DNA from: a phage
Strand: one strand, 5' to 3'
Length of the DNA: 64,000 nt
Sequence record: PZ452611.1
Of the stretch, positions 27,242 through 37,590 are shown in pieces (within the stretch, counting starts at the first letter, position 1; each line of letters starts with the position of its first letter). The position numbers and the translations under genes were made by a program. The notes under the pieces were generated by a model. It ran no database searches and was not told the origin of the DNA. It saw nothing but the letters and a program-made list of their open reading frames with translations.

Positions 27242-28611
27242 TGGAAAAAGGGCAGTATGATGTAGGCACAGATGCTGCCCTCGTTGCAATCATGAGCGGT
27301 GAGAATGTCTTCGTTTCAGGACCCGCAGGTTGTGGGAAGACGTACCTCATCAACATGATCCAGTCAATGTATGGAGACTCTTGCATAACGGTTGCCCCGA
27401 CAGGGGTAGCCGCTTTAAACGTTAATGGAGCAACAGCACACCGAACCTTCGATCTTGCAGCAGGTGTGAGCATGGAGTCGGACTGGACCGCAATAAGGGC
27501 AAAAACAGCAAAGCCTTTGAAAAGCAAGGCATTTACCATCCTAATTATCGATGAAATCTCTATGATCCGTGCTGATAAGTTTATAGAGATGGATAGGAAA
27601 CTCCGCTTCCTTCGAAAAAATGACAAACCTTTCGGGGGCATACAGGTCATATTGTTTGGCGATTTTTACCAGGCACCTCCTGTTGTCTCTTCTATGGAGA
27701 AGGAAGCCTACTTCAACTTCTACCATACGGACCTGTGTTGCTATACCGAATCTTGGAAAGAGCTTGACCTCCACAACATAGCCCTAATAGATCAGTTCCG
27801 ACAGGAGTCTATTCGATTTGCTACAATGCTCAACTGTGTTCGTGAGGGTCGTCGCATAAAAGAGGTTGTAGCAGAACTTAATGCTCGCTGTTACAAAGGA
27901 GGTGTACCAACAGACGCTCTCACAATTTGCGCCACCAACAAACAAGCAGAGGAAGTGAACAGAAGGTTCTATGATGCCATCAACGCCCCAGAGAAGGTAT
28001 ACACTGGTGAAATGAAGGGTAAGTTTCCCTCCACCCTGCCAGTTGAGCAGGAGATGAAGTTGAAAATTGGCATGAAAGTTATGATAACCGCCAACGATGT
28101 TGACCCGACGCACAAAGTACCTTATTATGTTAACGGAACACGTGCTACAATTGTTAAATTTAAGAACAAGGCGGTGGTGGTAGAGCTTGAAGATGGAACA
28201 CAGGTTGACATAGAGCAGAGGTTGTGGGAGAATAACGAGTATAAGCCATCTCAGAGATACAACATTGCAGAAAGGAAGATGGAGAAGTTTATAGAGAGGG
28301 TAGTGATTGGGTCATACAAGCAACTTCCTCTGAAATCTGGGTACGCCGTAACATCTCATAAAAGTCAAGGACTTACACTAGATTGTTACAACCTAGACCT
28401 TGGAAAGAACGGAGCTTTCTCTCCTGGGATGACGTATGTCGCTTTGAGTAGAGTTAAGACAATACAAGGAATAAACTTGTTGCGTCCACTAAGAGAGGTT
28501 GACATTATTGTTGACCCGCGAGTCGTAGAGTTTTACAATACAACATTCCCTGACTTAGACAAAATTGTCAGGAAAGATTTTGAAACCAGAGCAGAAGAGG
28601 GGGACGTATGA
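27241..28611 (+). CDS. SF1B DNA helicase, Dda/RecD/Pif1-like
   Basis: 456-aa ORF; Walker A GPAGCGKTY, Walker B ILIIDEISMI, helicase motif VTSHKSQGLTLD, C-terminal LSRVKT. Confidence 0.7.
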   Translation: MEKGQYDVGTDAALVAIMSGENVFVSGPAGCGKTYLINMIQSMYGDSCITVAPTGVAALNVNGATAHRTFDLAAGVSMESDWTAIRAKTAKPLKSKAFTILIIDEISMIRADKFIEMDRKLRFLRKNDKPFGGIQVILFGDFYQAPPVVSSMEKEAYFNFYHTDLCCYTESWKELDLHNIALIDQFRQESIRFATMLNCVREGRRIKEVVAELNARCYKGGVPTDALTICATNKQAEEVNRRFYDAINAPEKVYTGEMKGKFPSTLPVEQEMKLKIGMKVMITANDVDPTHKVPYYVNGTRATIVKFKNKAVVVELEDGTQVDIEQRLWENNEYKPSQRYNIAERKMEKFIERVVIGSYKQLPLKSGYAVTSHKSQGLTLDCYNLDLGKNGAFSPGMTYVALSRVKTIQGINLLRPLREVDIIVDPRVVEFYNTTFPDLDKIVRKDFETRAEEGDV

Positions 28612-28949
28612 GTTTGTGGAGAAATATCGTTAACTACGTGTGCGGCAATCCAACTCCTGAAGAGAAGGATGTTGTGATTCACGATTTTACTAAAAGATCT
28701 TGTGAAAAAGATCTACTGCTAACAAAGGTGACTGATAAAGATCCTGCAGTAGGAGACTGGGCAGGTTTTGCGTTTACATCGGACAAATACACCTTTAACA
28801 AAGGTGACTACCTTGTTGTGGATTTTAACGAAGACATTGAGGGTGCTGAACCTTACTATCAAACCCTTATTGTTGCAGGGTGTGTTGATCTCTCTGCAGG
28901 CATGCACAGTTTGATTCTTTTTGAGCTTGACTCTGAAGACCTTGAGTAG
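28608..28949 (+). CDS. hypothetical protein
   Basis: 113-aa ORF overlapping stop of helicase gene. Confidence 0.45.
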   Translation: MSLWRNIVNYVCGNPTPEEKDVVIHDFTKRSCEKDLLLTKVTDKDPAVGDWAGFAFTSDKYTFNKGDYLVVDFNEDIEGAEPYYQTLIVAGCVDLSAGMHSLILFELDSEDLE

Positions 28950-29010
28950 TAAGATGTGAGTATAAAGGGGAGGCACTCCTCCCCACAAAAACTAAGGAGA
29001 GCACCAAACG

Positions 29011-30336
29011 ATGAGTAAAACCAAATTAGAACTTACCTGGATAGGTAAAAACGAGCGCAAAAAGTTAGAGCAGCACATTTTGTTAGAAGATTCTAGCAAG
29101 TCTTACCACAGCCAGAAAGTGACCGAAAACGATATTTTTGATAATAAACTGATTTTTGGAGATAACTTATTAGCATTGAAGGCGCTAGAGCAAGAGTATG
29201 CAGGCAAAGTGAAGTGTGTTTACATAGACCCACCATTCAATACCGGGAGGGCTTTTGAGCACTACGATGATAGCCTGGAGCATTCCGTTTGGCTGGGCTT
29301 AATGAGGGATAGGTTAGAAATAATTCGTAATCTTCTAAGTGATGATGGGGTAATATTCGTTCACTTAGATGATTGCGAAATGGCGTATTTAAAAGTTTTG
29401 ATGGACGAGATTTTTGGTCGTGCAAATCAGTTAAATACCATATCGATGACCACAAATTCCCCTTCGGGATTTAAGGCAACAGGAGCCACAGTTTTCTCCA
29501 CAGCAAACTTTTTGCTTGTATATGCAAAAGATCGCACCCAGAAACCGCTTAACAAAATCTATATACCTAAAGGGTATGATACAGGATATAACAAATACCT
29601 ATTAAACCCGGATGACCATTATAAAAATTGGACGTGGTGCGGTATTGCCGATGCGTTTGCAAAGGCCAATGGCTATAAAGATGCAAAAGAAGCTAAGAAA
29701 AAACTGCCTGACACATTCGATGATGAATTAGCACAATTCGCAATTGATAATGCAGAACGTGTATTTCAATCTGTTGCAATTGGTGGTGGCGCTAAAATAA
29801 AGAGAAAAGAAACTATCGAGAAGTCAAAGAAAGATAGGGATAAGGTTTATGTACATCCGAATGAGGATGTTGAAGGATTTTATATCGCAAATGGTAGGCA
29901 AATGGTCTTTTACTCCAACAGGCTTTTGGAAATTGACGGTGAGATGCAACCTGCGGAACTAATAACTGATGTTTGGACAGACATTAGTTGGAATGGAATA
30001 GCAAATGAAGGCGGCGTTAGTTTCAAAAATGGAAAAAAACCAGAAGCGCTTTTGAAGCGGATTCTCGAAATGTGTACGCGAGAAGGTGATTTGGTATTGG
30101 ATTCATTCGGCGGTTCGGGAACTACTGCTGCTGTAGCCCACAAGATGAAAAGACGTTGGATCTTGATCGAACTGGGTGATCATTGTCATACCCATATTAT
30201 CCCTCGCTTGCAAAAAGTGATTGATGGTGAAGATCAAGGTGGTATTTCTAAGTCTGCAAGCTGGCAAGGTGGCGGTGGCTTCCGCTATTACAAACTTACC
30301 CAGACCTTAATTACGAAAGATAATTCTGATCAATAA
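29011..30336 (+). CDS. DNA methyltransferase, beta-class amino-MTase (N6-adenine or N4-cytosine)
   Basis: 441-aa ORF; catalytic motif IV VYIDPPFNTG precedes AdoMet motif I VLDSFGGSGTT near C-terminus (circular permutation characteristic of beta-class N6A/N4C MTases); RBS aaggag. Confidence 0.7.
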   Translation: MSKTKLELTWIGKNERKKLEQHILLEDSSKSYHSQKVTENDIFDNKLIFGDNLLALKALEQEYAGKVKCVYIDPPFNTGRAFEHYDDSLEHSVWLGLMRDRLEIIRNLLSDDGVIFVHLDDCEMAYLKVLMDEIFGRANQLNTISMTTNSPSGFKATGATVFSTANFLLVYAKDRTQKPLNKIYIPKGYDTGYNKYLLNPDDHYKNWTWCGIADAFAKANGYKDAKEAKKKLPDTFDDELAQFAIDNAERVFQSVAIGGGAKIKRKETIEKSKKDRDKVYVHPNEDVEGFYIANGRQMVFYSNRLLEIDGEMQPAELITDVWTDISWNGIANEGGVSFKNGKKPEALLKRILEMCTREGDLVLDSFGGSGTTAAVAHKMKRRWILIELGDHCHTHIIPRLQKVIDGEDQGGISKSASWQGGGGFRYYKLTQTLITKDNSDQ

Positions 30337-30349
30337 AGAGTACAATCAA

Positions 30350-30655
30350 ATGATGAAACGTTATAAACCATACACTTTTGAAATCGATTTCGAACTTGAC
30401 GATATGTTTACTGTGGAAGCTCAGGCAGTTGTTCAGTTGCCAGATCCGGAGTGCCGGGATTCTGATGTTGACTGTTACGGATTTAGACAAATCACCGATG
30501 TGCATGTTTACCACAACGGTGAAGAGGTGGACTTCCACCAACTGCCAAACGATATGCGCCACTCAATTTACAAACGTGCAGCCCGTGAACTAGAGTCCTA
30601 TCTGGATGCAGCGACGACAGCAGCTGCATTTGCTGAAGAAGTGGGAGGTTTCTGA
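30350..30655 (+). CDS. hypothetical protein
   Basis: 101-aa ORF. Confidence 0.45.
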   Translation: MMKRYKPYTFEIDFELDDMFTVEAQAVVQLPDPECRDSDVDCYGFRQITDVHVYHNGEEVDFHQLPNDMRHSIYKRAARELESYLDAATTAAAFAEEVGGF

Positions 30656-31050
30656 TGATTACAGGTGTGAAGATTATCCAATACCACTTAACCAAATTGG
30701 AAGATGCTGAAAAAGAGCTTGCAGAAGTTCTGAATAGTGGATATACTTTGCTATCATGCGCCTGCTCAGACACATACGCTGTGTGGACACTTATCCGGAA
30801 GGAAGAGCCTGCGGGGATCTTGGTGCCAAACCCTAAGATCATTAGTGAGGTGGATGACTACGCTCAGGACGGCCTGCCAGAAGGCTGGGAAGTATGGGAA
30901 GGTGGTGAAAACCCTGCACCAGGTAAGTGGGTAAAATACAAACTGCGTAGTGGCGCACAGTACGCTGACTATTCTGATGACCTGGACTGGAGTCATTCTT
31001 CACCAGAATCATCTGCAAGTTCCTATGATATCATAGCTTTTAAGGAATAA
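30655..31050 (+). CDS. hypothetical protein
   Basis: 131-aa ORF with ATGA overlap. Confidence 0.45.
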   Translation: MITGVKIIQYHLTKLEDAEKELAEVLNSGYTLLSCACSDTYAVWTLIRKEEPAGILVPNPKIISEVDDYAQDGLPEGWEVWEGGENPAPGKWVKYKLRSGAQYADYSDDLDWSHSSPESSASSYDIIAFKE

Positions 31051-31062
31051 GGAGAAGGTGGT

Positions 31063-31545
31063 ATGTCAGATTTTATGTGGAAAGTTGGTTATTCCTCCCC
31101 TGAAATGTGTAAGGCCTGTTTTGTGAAAATAGGTCGCGAGGATATCGACAAAGTGATTCTTAAGTTTCGTGATGTGGCTGTAATCGGCAACCGAGTGCTT
31201 AAGCACTTAAAGAATCTGAAGCTCACCAAAAAGAAGTTCTTTGGACTTTTCGAAGAGAAGGTTGATGCTTGGACCCATTGCATTCAGGAAGCTAAATCTC
31301 ACTACAGTGCTATCATTACCCCAGAACGGGTAGCCAAGATGGAAGGATTCATCAACAGCACAGAGTTTGAGTGCCTGAAAGCTGCACTTGATAGTTATCC
31401 GAAATGCCTCAAGCACTTGGACAAGTATGTAGAAAAGGATGGGGAAATGTATCTAACCCTGGACGCATATTATGAGATGCAAGAAATTTTAAATTTAGAT
31501 TTGACATTGGTATCCACCGAGTATACAATAGGTATCCGGGTTTAA
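31063..31545 (+). CDS. hypothetical protein
   Basis: 160-aa ORF, RBS aggag upstream. Confidence 0.45.
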   Translation: MSDFMWKVGYSSPEMCKACFVKIGREDIDKVILKFRDVAVIGNRVLKHLKNLKLTKKKFFGLFEEKVDAWTHCIQEAKSHYSAIITPERVAKMEGFINSTEFECLKAALDSYPKCLKHLDKYVEKDGEMYLTLDAYYEMQEILNLDLTLVSTEYTIGIRV

Positions 31546-31551
31546 CACTAG

Positions 31552-31578
31552 GCCCTGCCCGAAAGGGTGGGGCTTTTT
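31552..31578 (+). terminator. putative intrinsic terminator (repeated element, copy 1)
   Basis: GCCCTGCCC-gaaa-GGGTGGGGC hairpin (G-U wobble pairs) followed by TTTTT; identical 22-nt core recurs at 42602-42629. Confidence 0.55.
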
Positions 31579-31596
31579 GCATTAGGAGACAGCAAA

Positions 31597-32361
31597 TTGA
31601 AATTCATCTACAAAGAACACTACCACAAAGGTGTTGTGTGGAGTCTATTTGACGGGTCTGGTGGTGCAGTTATTGACTGGGCAAAAGCTGGGTACCTGTG
31701 CCTGTGCTTTAATGCAGAAGGTGCTGACCACGGCAGTTATGCAGAGGTGATAACCGATCATCCTAACATTCACTATGTGGATTATTGGATTGACCCATGG
31801 TTCCCTCAGGAAACTTTTTGCATGTATCCAGCTCCAGACTTTATTCTTGCATTTCCTCCGTGCACGCATTTAGCGGTATCAGGTGCTGCACATTTTAAGA
31901 AAAAGCTGGCTAAGGATCCTTTGATCCAAATTAATGCTGTAAAGGATGCTCGGGTTGCGGAAGAGTTGGGAGAGATTTACGATTGCCCGTGGCATGTAGA
32001 GAATCCTGTAGGGGTTATGTCCACACTGTGGCGAAAACCTGATTACCGTTTTCATCCTTCGGATTATGGTGGGTATTTACCGGAGGATGATGTAAACCCC
32101 TGGTTTCCTGAATTTATAGCTCCACGTGATGCCTATCCAAAAATAACTTGCGGCTGGATAGGCAATGGATTTATAATCCCGGCCACAAAACCTGTCCCGC
32201 AAATAGTTGACGCGGTTAGCGGGTATTCCATGCAACACGCCAAGCTGGGTGGAAAGAGTGCAAGAACGAAGATGATCCGAAGCCTCACGCCACGTGGCTG
32301 GGCAAAAGCCGTATTCTTAGCAAACGAGCCTGTAGTAAGGAGCAGAATTAATGGGAAGTAA
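31597..32361 (+). CDS. short C5-cytosine-methyltransferase-like protein
   Basis: ORF 31567-32361; TTG at 31597 follows AGGAGA by 7 nt (upstream GTG sits inside the terminator hairpin); motifs LFDGSGG (AdoMet motif I-like), FPPCTHLAVSG (motif IV-like, catalytic Cys), HVENPVG (motif VI ENV-like); only ~255 aa. Confidence 0.5.
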   Translation: MKFIYKEHYHKGVVWSLFDGSGGAVIDWAKAGYLCLCFNAEGADHGSYAEVITDHPNIHYVDYWIDPWFPQETFCMYPAPDFILAFPPCTHLAVSGAAHFKKKLAKDPLIQINAVKDARVAEELGEIYDCPWHVENPVGVMSTLWRKPDYRFHPSDYGGYLPEDDVNPWFPEFIAPRDAYPKITCGWIGNGFIIPATKPVPQIVDAVSGYSMQHAKLGGKSARTKMIRSLTPRGWAKAVFLANEPVVRSRINGK

Positions 32362-34429
32362 ATTTATGGCATCTGCATACAACCGTTTCGGTGAGCCAAA
32401 CCCGAAAGCAACTAAGTATAAAAGTGGGGGAAGTGTGAAACGAGACTATCGTGATGAAAAAGAGGTTGAAACTGTAGAGACTGTTTTAGAAAATACTAAA
32501 ATCGTCCCTGTCCCACAACAAAATATCGGTCTGATGGCTGCACAATATTTTGGTGTGCGATCAGCATTGTCCCAAGAAGACGGTGTGACAGTTACTGCAA
32601 CATATTTCCCATATTACGACCGCTACGGGAATCTGTCCGGTTTCAAAAAGCGTGACTGGACGATCCCCAAAGAGCAACGTGGGCACTTTACGACGGTTGG
32701 GATCGTAAAGGCTAACTCCCAAATGTTTGGGCAAAAGCTGTGTGCATCTTCTAACAACCGTAAGCAGATTAACGTTTGTGAGGGGGAAGGCGATGTTATT
32801 GCAGCATGGCAGGCTGCATATCAGATACAAGTAAAAGGGATTCTCACCAACGCTAAAGCCCCGGCAAAGGTGAAACAGTGGGCTAAAGAGGTCCAGGACG
32901 GGATCGATGCAGTTATCAACGGGGGTGATCTGGCAGGAAAACCCTGCCTGCCTTTTGTTGGAATTAACTGTGGATGTGCAAACGCAGTAGATACTTTTGC
33001 AAACAATGAGAAATTTATCCGTAGCTACGGAACAGTGGTCCTTGCAATGGACAACGATGCAGCTAACGAGGTAGAGAAGCAAAAACACGTTATCAAAGGT
33101 GTTGAAGCCACACATAATATCGCGGCATTTTTGATGGCGGATAACGTTTACCACGTGGAATACCCCAGTGAGGTAAACGACCCTGACGGTGTAAAAGATA
33201 TCCGTGACATGCTGAAGGCTAAAAAGCTGGAAGATATTGTCAACATGTTCCGTCACCCAGTCAAATATGTGCCCGATGCTGTATCTGATTTAGAAGACTT
33301 CTCCATTGAATCTCTTCGTAAGAAGACTTCTAATGGCGTAGATATCAGCGCGGAGTTCCCTAAATTGCAGAAGATGCTGAAAGGACTCCACAAAGGCACC
33401 TTGATGATGCTGACAGGCCCATCTGGCGGTGGTAAAACAACTGTAGCCAAGAAACTAGAACACTGCATTGCAAAATACTTGATGGATCCGACATGCCCTA
33501 AAGCCGATGATTATGAAGAGGATGATCGCCTGTGTCTGATTCACCTTGAAGAGGACCCTGAGGAAGCAATTAACTCTCTATACGCCAACCAGTTGGGGTT
33601 TGATGTTAAAGAGTTTGTTGAAGACCCTAGTCAGTTCCTGACTGATCAGGAGCATGCTGAGATTCACCAATCTTGGGCCAAGGCTGGAAAAATCAAAGTG
33701 TTCAAGCATTTTGGGTCTATTCCTGTAGATGAGTTGATCACTAAGCTTAAACAAATGGTGTGTCTGTATCACTGCCGTTACATTGTGCTGGATCACCTGT
33801 CCATGGTAATTTCAGGGCTTAATGTTAAGGATGAGCGCAAAGAACTTGACATGGCTATGACGCAACTAGCCGCGTTCTGCAAGCAGTTTAATGTATTTAT
33901 CTTGGTGATCGCTCACCTGAAACGCATAGAGATTGTGCCTCCAAAGGACAAGGATGGGAATCCGTTACCTTTCTGGTATCCTGTACGAAAAGAGAACCTT
34001 CGGGGTAGTGCCGGATTGGAGCAACTTAGCTGGGTAGTTGTTGGGGTGGAGGCAGAAGAGATGGTGGATCGTTCCCGTGGACGTGTCCGACTGGTAGGTC
34101 TTAAAAACCGCCCAGCAAAAACGTTAGGCATTGCGGATACCTTAGTTATGGATCCCCACACAGGTAAGTTCCATGATGCCAGCAACTGGTACTGGGACAA
34201 AGAAATGCAGATGTTCACAGACGGCGAAGGTGGGGAGGTTGTTTGGAGACCTCAAGCTATGTTTGAGGATCAAGGGCACGCAGTTGTAGAAACACCTGTA
34301 GGTAGGGTTGTGGCTGATAAGGTTGTAACTCCTACTGTTAACCCTGTTGACACACAAGAAGACCTCCCGTATGATGATCCGTCCTCTGACCATGTTCCCG
34401 GTTTTGAGGATGATGAAACACCTTTTTAA
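32351..34429 (+). CDS. DNA primase-helicase (Toprim domain fused to DnaB/gp4-like helicase)
   Basis: 692-aa ORF; Toprim motifs CEGEGDV and LAMDNDAAN; helicase Walker A LTGPSGGGKTT, Walker B IVLDHLSMV, motif H4-like RGSAGLEQ. Confidence 0.7.
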   Translation: MGSKFMASAYNRFGEPNPKATKYKSGGSVKRDYRDEKEVETVETVLENTKIVPVPQQNIGLMAAQYFGVRSALSQEDGVTVTATYFPYYDRYGNLSGFKKRDWTIPKEQRGHFTTVGIVKANSQMFGQKLCASSNNRKQINVCEGEGDVIAAWQAAYQIQVKGILTNAKAPAKVKQWAKEVQDGIDAVINGGDLAGKPCLPFVGINCGCANAVDTFANNEKFIRSYGTVVLAMDNDAANEVEKQKHVIKGVEATHNIAAFLMADNVYHVEYPSEVNDPDGVKDIRDMLKAKKLEDIVNMFRHPVKYVPDAVSDLEDFSIESLRKKTSNGVDISAEFPKLQKMLKGLHKGTLMMLTGPSGGGKTTVAKKLEHCIAKYLMDPTCPKADDYEEDDRLCLIHLEEDPEEAINSLYANQLGFDVKEFVEDPSQFLTDQEHAEIHQSWAKAGKIKVFKHFGSIPVDELITKLKQMVCLYHCRYIVLDHLSMVISGLNVKDERKELDMAMTQLAAFCKQFNVFILVIAHLKRIEIVPPKDKDGNPLPFWYPVRKENLRGSAGLEQLSWVVVGVEAEEMVDRSRGRVRLVGLKNRPAKTLGIADTLVMDPHTGKFHDASNWYWDKEMQMFTDGEGGEVVWRPQAMFEDQGHAVVETPVGRVVADKVVTPTVNPVDTQEDLPYDDPSSDHVPGFEDDETPF

Positions 34430-34487
34430 TGTTTAACCAAGAGTGGGAGGGGTAGTACAACCGCCTCCCCTTTAAGGAGAACTGTAT

Positions 34488-36917
34488 ATGAGCATGTGGT
34501 CTTTCGATTTTGAGTCATCCGGTTTGCTGGAAGACCCAGATCTTTATTATCACTGCGGCCTGTTTAAAGAGTTGAATAAGAACCGTTTTATGCTGTTCCT
34601 TCCTCTGAATGACCGCACACACTACTCCGAGGAGGATATAGAGAAGGCTAAGAACTTTATTCTGGCAAAGAAAACTCTTTATAAGGATTTTGAAGTTCGC
34701 ATAGCAGATTTTTCAGAGTTGGAAGGTTGGCTTACAGGCAATTCTGACTGGTCACCCACAGCTTTGAACTGCCACAACTGCTACAGCTACGACTTTATGC
34801 TGATGGAGAGATTGTCCGGTATTCATTTTGATATGTTCCGTGATCCTAAGTGCATGGGGACTATCAACGACCACCAGGTTAATCTGTTTGATACGTTGGC
34901 GATGAGCCGAATCTTGTGGCCTGATCGCCCTTTACCAAAAGGTTGTCCGGACTCTGTATTCAACCCGGTTACTAAGAAAATGCAGCCTGTTGGTCCTCAC
35001 GGCCTTATGGCATGGGGCTACGCCCTTGGTAACCAGAAAGTTCAAATTGATGACTGGCGCGATCTTCCGTTGTGGAAGTATGTGGATCGTGTATTCGAGG
35101 ACGTTATCATCCAGGAGCTGCTCTGGAAAGAGCTGGTAGCGGAATCAAAAGGTGTATTCTACGGCAAATCTGACATGCAGAACTTTATGTACGATCCAGC
35201 CAAAGAGAAGCCGAAAGGGTTCAAGAAGATCACCTGGAAGAACGCATTACGTCGAGGCATGCTGCAGCACTTCCTGATGGAGCTGCAGGCCCGTCAGGGT
35301 GTATACTTCGACATAGATGGAGCTATTGCTTTACGTGACCGTTGCGATGCGTGGATGAAAGAAATCGCTGATCGTGTTGAACCACAACTACCTTTAAAAG
35401 AGCTGTCAATGTCTCAGCGGCCCAAGTTCCCTGAAAAGCCGTTTAACCAAGACGGGACAATCTCTAATAATGGTTGGAAATGGTTAAAAGATAAGCTTGG
35501 CTATCCTGTAGACATGAGTGCTTTAGAGTTCAAAGCCCCGCCTAAGCGAGCATTTACCTCTACAGGAGATGTCAGCAAGATGGGGATAAAATGGTGTGAA
35601 GAGATGGGCTGCAAAGACCCCGATAAGATGGCTGATTTCTTGAGAGGCTATATTAAGGGCACCTCCACACCACAACCCTTACCTAAAGAGCTGATGGATC
35701 AGGCAATAAGTGATCTGCAGCAGAAGCGAATGCCTGACTGCAAGATACCTATGAAAATCAGCAATCAGGACGACATCAAGCGATACCTAATCAGTGCTGG
35801 TTGGCTCCCAACAATGTGGAGAACTAAAGATGTAACTAAAGACAGCAAGAAGAAAGCTTTACCTGATGCAGATGTTGATGCACGAGTATATGCATATATG
35901 GACGAGCTTTTGGAGTCAGAGTATTGTGACCTAATTATCAACTTCTGGAACAAAACTGATGCTAAGTTCCAGACAACCGTGCACAAGTTCCGAAGCTTTC
36001 CTAACTCCGAAAGGATTAAAAAGGAAGTATTCGGGAAAATACGTAGAAAAGCCAGGGCACTTATTACTTCTCCGCAACTGAAAGATACGTTTGGACACCT
36101 GTGTCCGAATCTTGAAAAATTGAACGGAGAGATGGCTAAAGATATCGTCTTGTGGTTATCATTGCGAAACCGCAGATCGGTCCTTGATCCAATCAAGGAG
36201 GATAAGGTTGATACTGGTCTTCTTAATCACCCACGTTTGAAGATTGACCATAAGCTTCCTGCTAAAAGCTCTGGATTAACAAACACTTCCAGACAGAAAC
36301 ACAGTATTTGTGCAAACATGCCTAAACCATCTCCTAAAGTGGTTATGGGTAAAGAGATGCGTAGTCTGTGGGGTGTTCCTCCGGGATACTTTGAGATCGG
36401 TATTGACGGGTCCAACTTAGAGCAGCTTATCGGGGCTTGGGGTGCCTTTGAGTTCGACAACGGCTTGTATTATGATGTTGTAAGTAACGGAGACGCACAC
36501 CAAAACAATGCTGAGGCATATACAAAAGTAGCAGGCAGAGAGGTGTCCCGTAACGACGGTAAACCTATCACGTATGGGGTTATGTACGGGGCACAAAAAG
36601 ATAAAGTTGCAGATATGCTGGACATCTCCCCAGAGTTGGGACAAAGGGTAATCGATGCACTCTGGGATGCCAACCCAGGTCTTAAGGGGCGCAAAGAGGA
36701 TCTGGAGAAATTCTGGGAAGCAACAGGTAAGAAGTTTATCTACTCTTTTGATGGTCATGCTATCTGGACCCGATCTAAACACTCTTTACTTAATGCATAC
36801 CAACAAAATGGCGGTGCATCGTTGTGTGACTTAGTTGGAATACTCATGCACCACCAGATGGTGAAGCGTGGGTGGTACGATGAAGGTGTTCGTCGTATTA
36901 TTTATTACCATAAATAA
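34488..36917 (+). CDS. DNA polymerase, family A, with N-terminal 3'-5' exonuclease domain
   Basis: 809-aa ORF, RBS aaggag; Exo I FDFESSG, Exo II HNCYSYDF; Pol motif A IDGSNLEQL, motif B RNDGKPITYGVMYGA (K...YG..YG), C-terminal YDE. Confidence 0.75.
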   Translation: MSMWSFDFESSGLLEDPDLYYHCGLFKELNKNRFMLFLPLNDRTHYSEEDIEKAKNFILAKKTLYKDFEVRIADFSELEGWLTGNSDWSPTALNCHNCYSYDFMLMERLSGIHFDMFRDPKCMGTINDHQVNLFDTLAMSRILWPDRPLPKGCPDSVFNPVTKKMQPVGPHGLMAWGYALGNQKVQIDDWRDLPLWKYVDRVFEDVIIQELLWKELVAESKGVFYGKSDMQNFMYDPAKEKPKGFKKITWKNALRRGMLQHFLMELQARQGVYFDIDGAIALRDRCDAWMKEIADRVEPQLPLKELSMSQRPKFPEKPFNQDGTISNNGWKWLKDKLGYPVDMSALEFKAPPKRAFTSTGDVSKMGIKWCEEMGCKDPDKMADFLRGYIKGTSTPQPLPKELMDQAISDLQQKRMPDCKIPMKISNQDDIKRYLISAGWLPTMWRTKDVTKDSKKKALPDADVDARVYAYMDELLESEYCDLIINFWNKTDAKFQTTVHKFRSFPNSERIKKEVFGKIRRKARALITSPQLKDTFGHLCPNLEKLNGEMAKDIVLWLSLRNRRSVLDPIKEDKVDTGLLNHPRLKIDHKLPAKSSGLTNTSRQKHSICANMPKPSPKVVMGKEMRSLWGVPPGYFEIGIDGSNLEQLIGAWGAFEFDNGLYYDVVSNGDAHQNNAEAYTKVAGREVSRNDGKPITYGVMYGAQKDKVADMLDISPELGQRVIDALWDANPGLKGRKEDLEKFWEATGKKFIYSFDGHAIWTRSKHSLLNAYQQNGGASLCDLVGILMHHQMVKRGWYDEGVRRIIYYHK

Positions 36918-37184
36918 CATTGTGGCTTCATAGAGTAATCTATGTCGAATAACCTCTTTAACTGCGGGAAGCCTAAACCTTATGGCAAGGTAATCCGCAA
37001 CGAAGCGCTCAAAAGAGCGAACGCTCAGAGGCCATTCCGAAAGGAAGTAGACCAGCAAGTGCGGTCGAAATGGGAGGATTCCTGTGGTTGCTTATCATAG
37101 GAATATGAGATGGTCCGATCCTACGTGAAAACGTATGGCTATGCACGTAATGGTGCGGGGTAGCTTAACGACCTACCTGAACTA

Positions 37185-37541
37185 TTGGATGAGTACCAAC
37201 TTCAAGTGCCTGACACACCGAAGTATAAGACTGTGTACACCTTCGACACAATTGAAGAACTGGAAGCATTTAAGGCAGAGCAGGAAGCCAAACTTCATGT
37301 GTTCGACGGTCATAAGTACAAAAAGGCACGCAAGGATGAGGACGGAAACGAAGTGGTTGACAGAGACGGAAACACGGTGTACGATCCTATCCTGAACGAT
37401 AACGGAAAGCTTGAACTTATCTGGAGCCCTGTGGGTGAAATGGTGGTGCATTGCTTCTGGCAAGCTTCTAAAATGATGGGAGTCCCGTTCCAGATCACAG
37501 GTGAATACTTGTGTGGTAGTAACTGGGGTGATTGTCACTAA
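37185..37541 (+). CDS. hypothetical protein
   Basis: 118-aa ORF (TTG start, no clear RBS). Confidence 0.35.
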   Translation: MDEYQLQVPDTPKYKTVYTFDTIEELEAFKAEQEAKLHVFDGHKYKKARKDEDGNEVVDRDGNTVYDPILNDNGKLELIWSPVGEMVVHCFWQASKMMGVPFQITGEYLCGSNWGDCH

Positions 37542-37590
37542 TGTAAACTATCAGCACAAGGAGGTGCTGTTGAGCAAAGAGGAGACTTTT

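Noticed and set aside
31567-31596. GTG at 31567 as start of the C5-MTase-like ORF
   Set aside because: It lies inside the preceding terminator hairpin and upstream of the RBS; TTG at 31597 with AGGAGA 7 nt upstream is more plausible.
36941-37099. 52-aa ORF (MSNNLFNCGKPKPYGK...) after the polymerase gene, possibly an endonuclease remnant
   Set aside because: Below size threshold, weak RBS and no recognisable motif; noted but not annotated.
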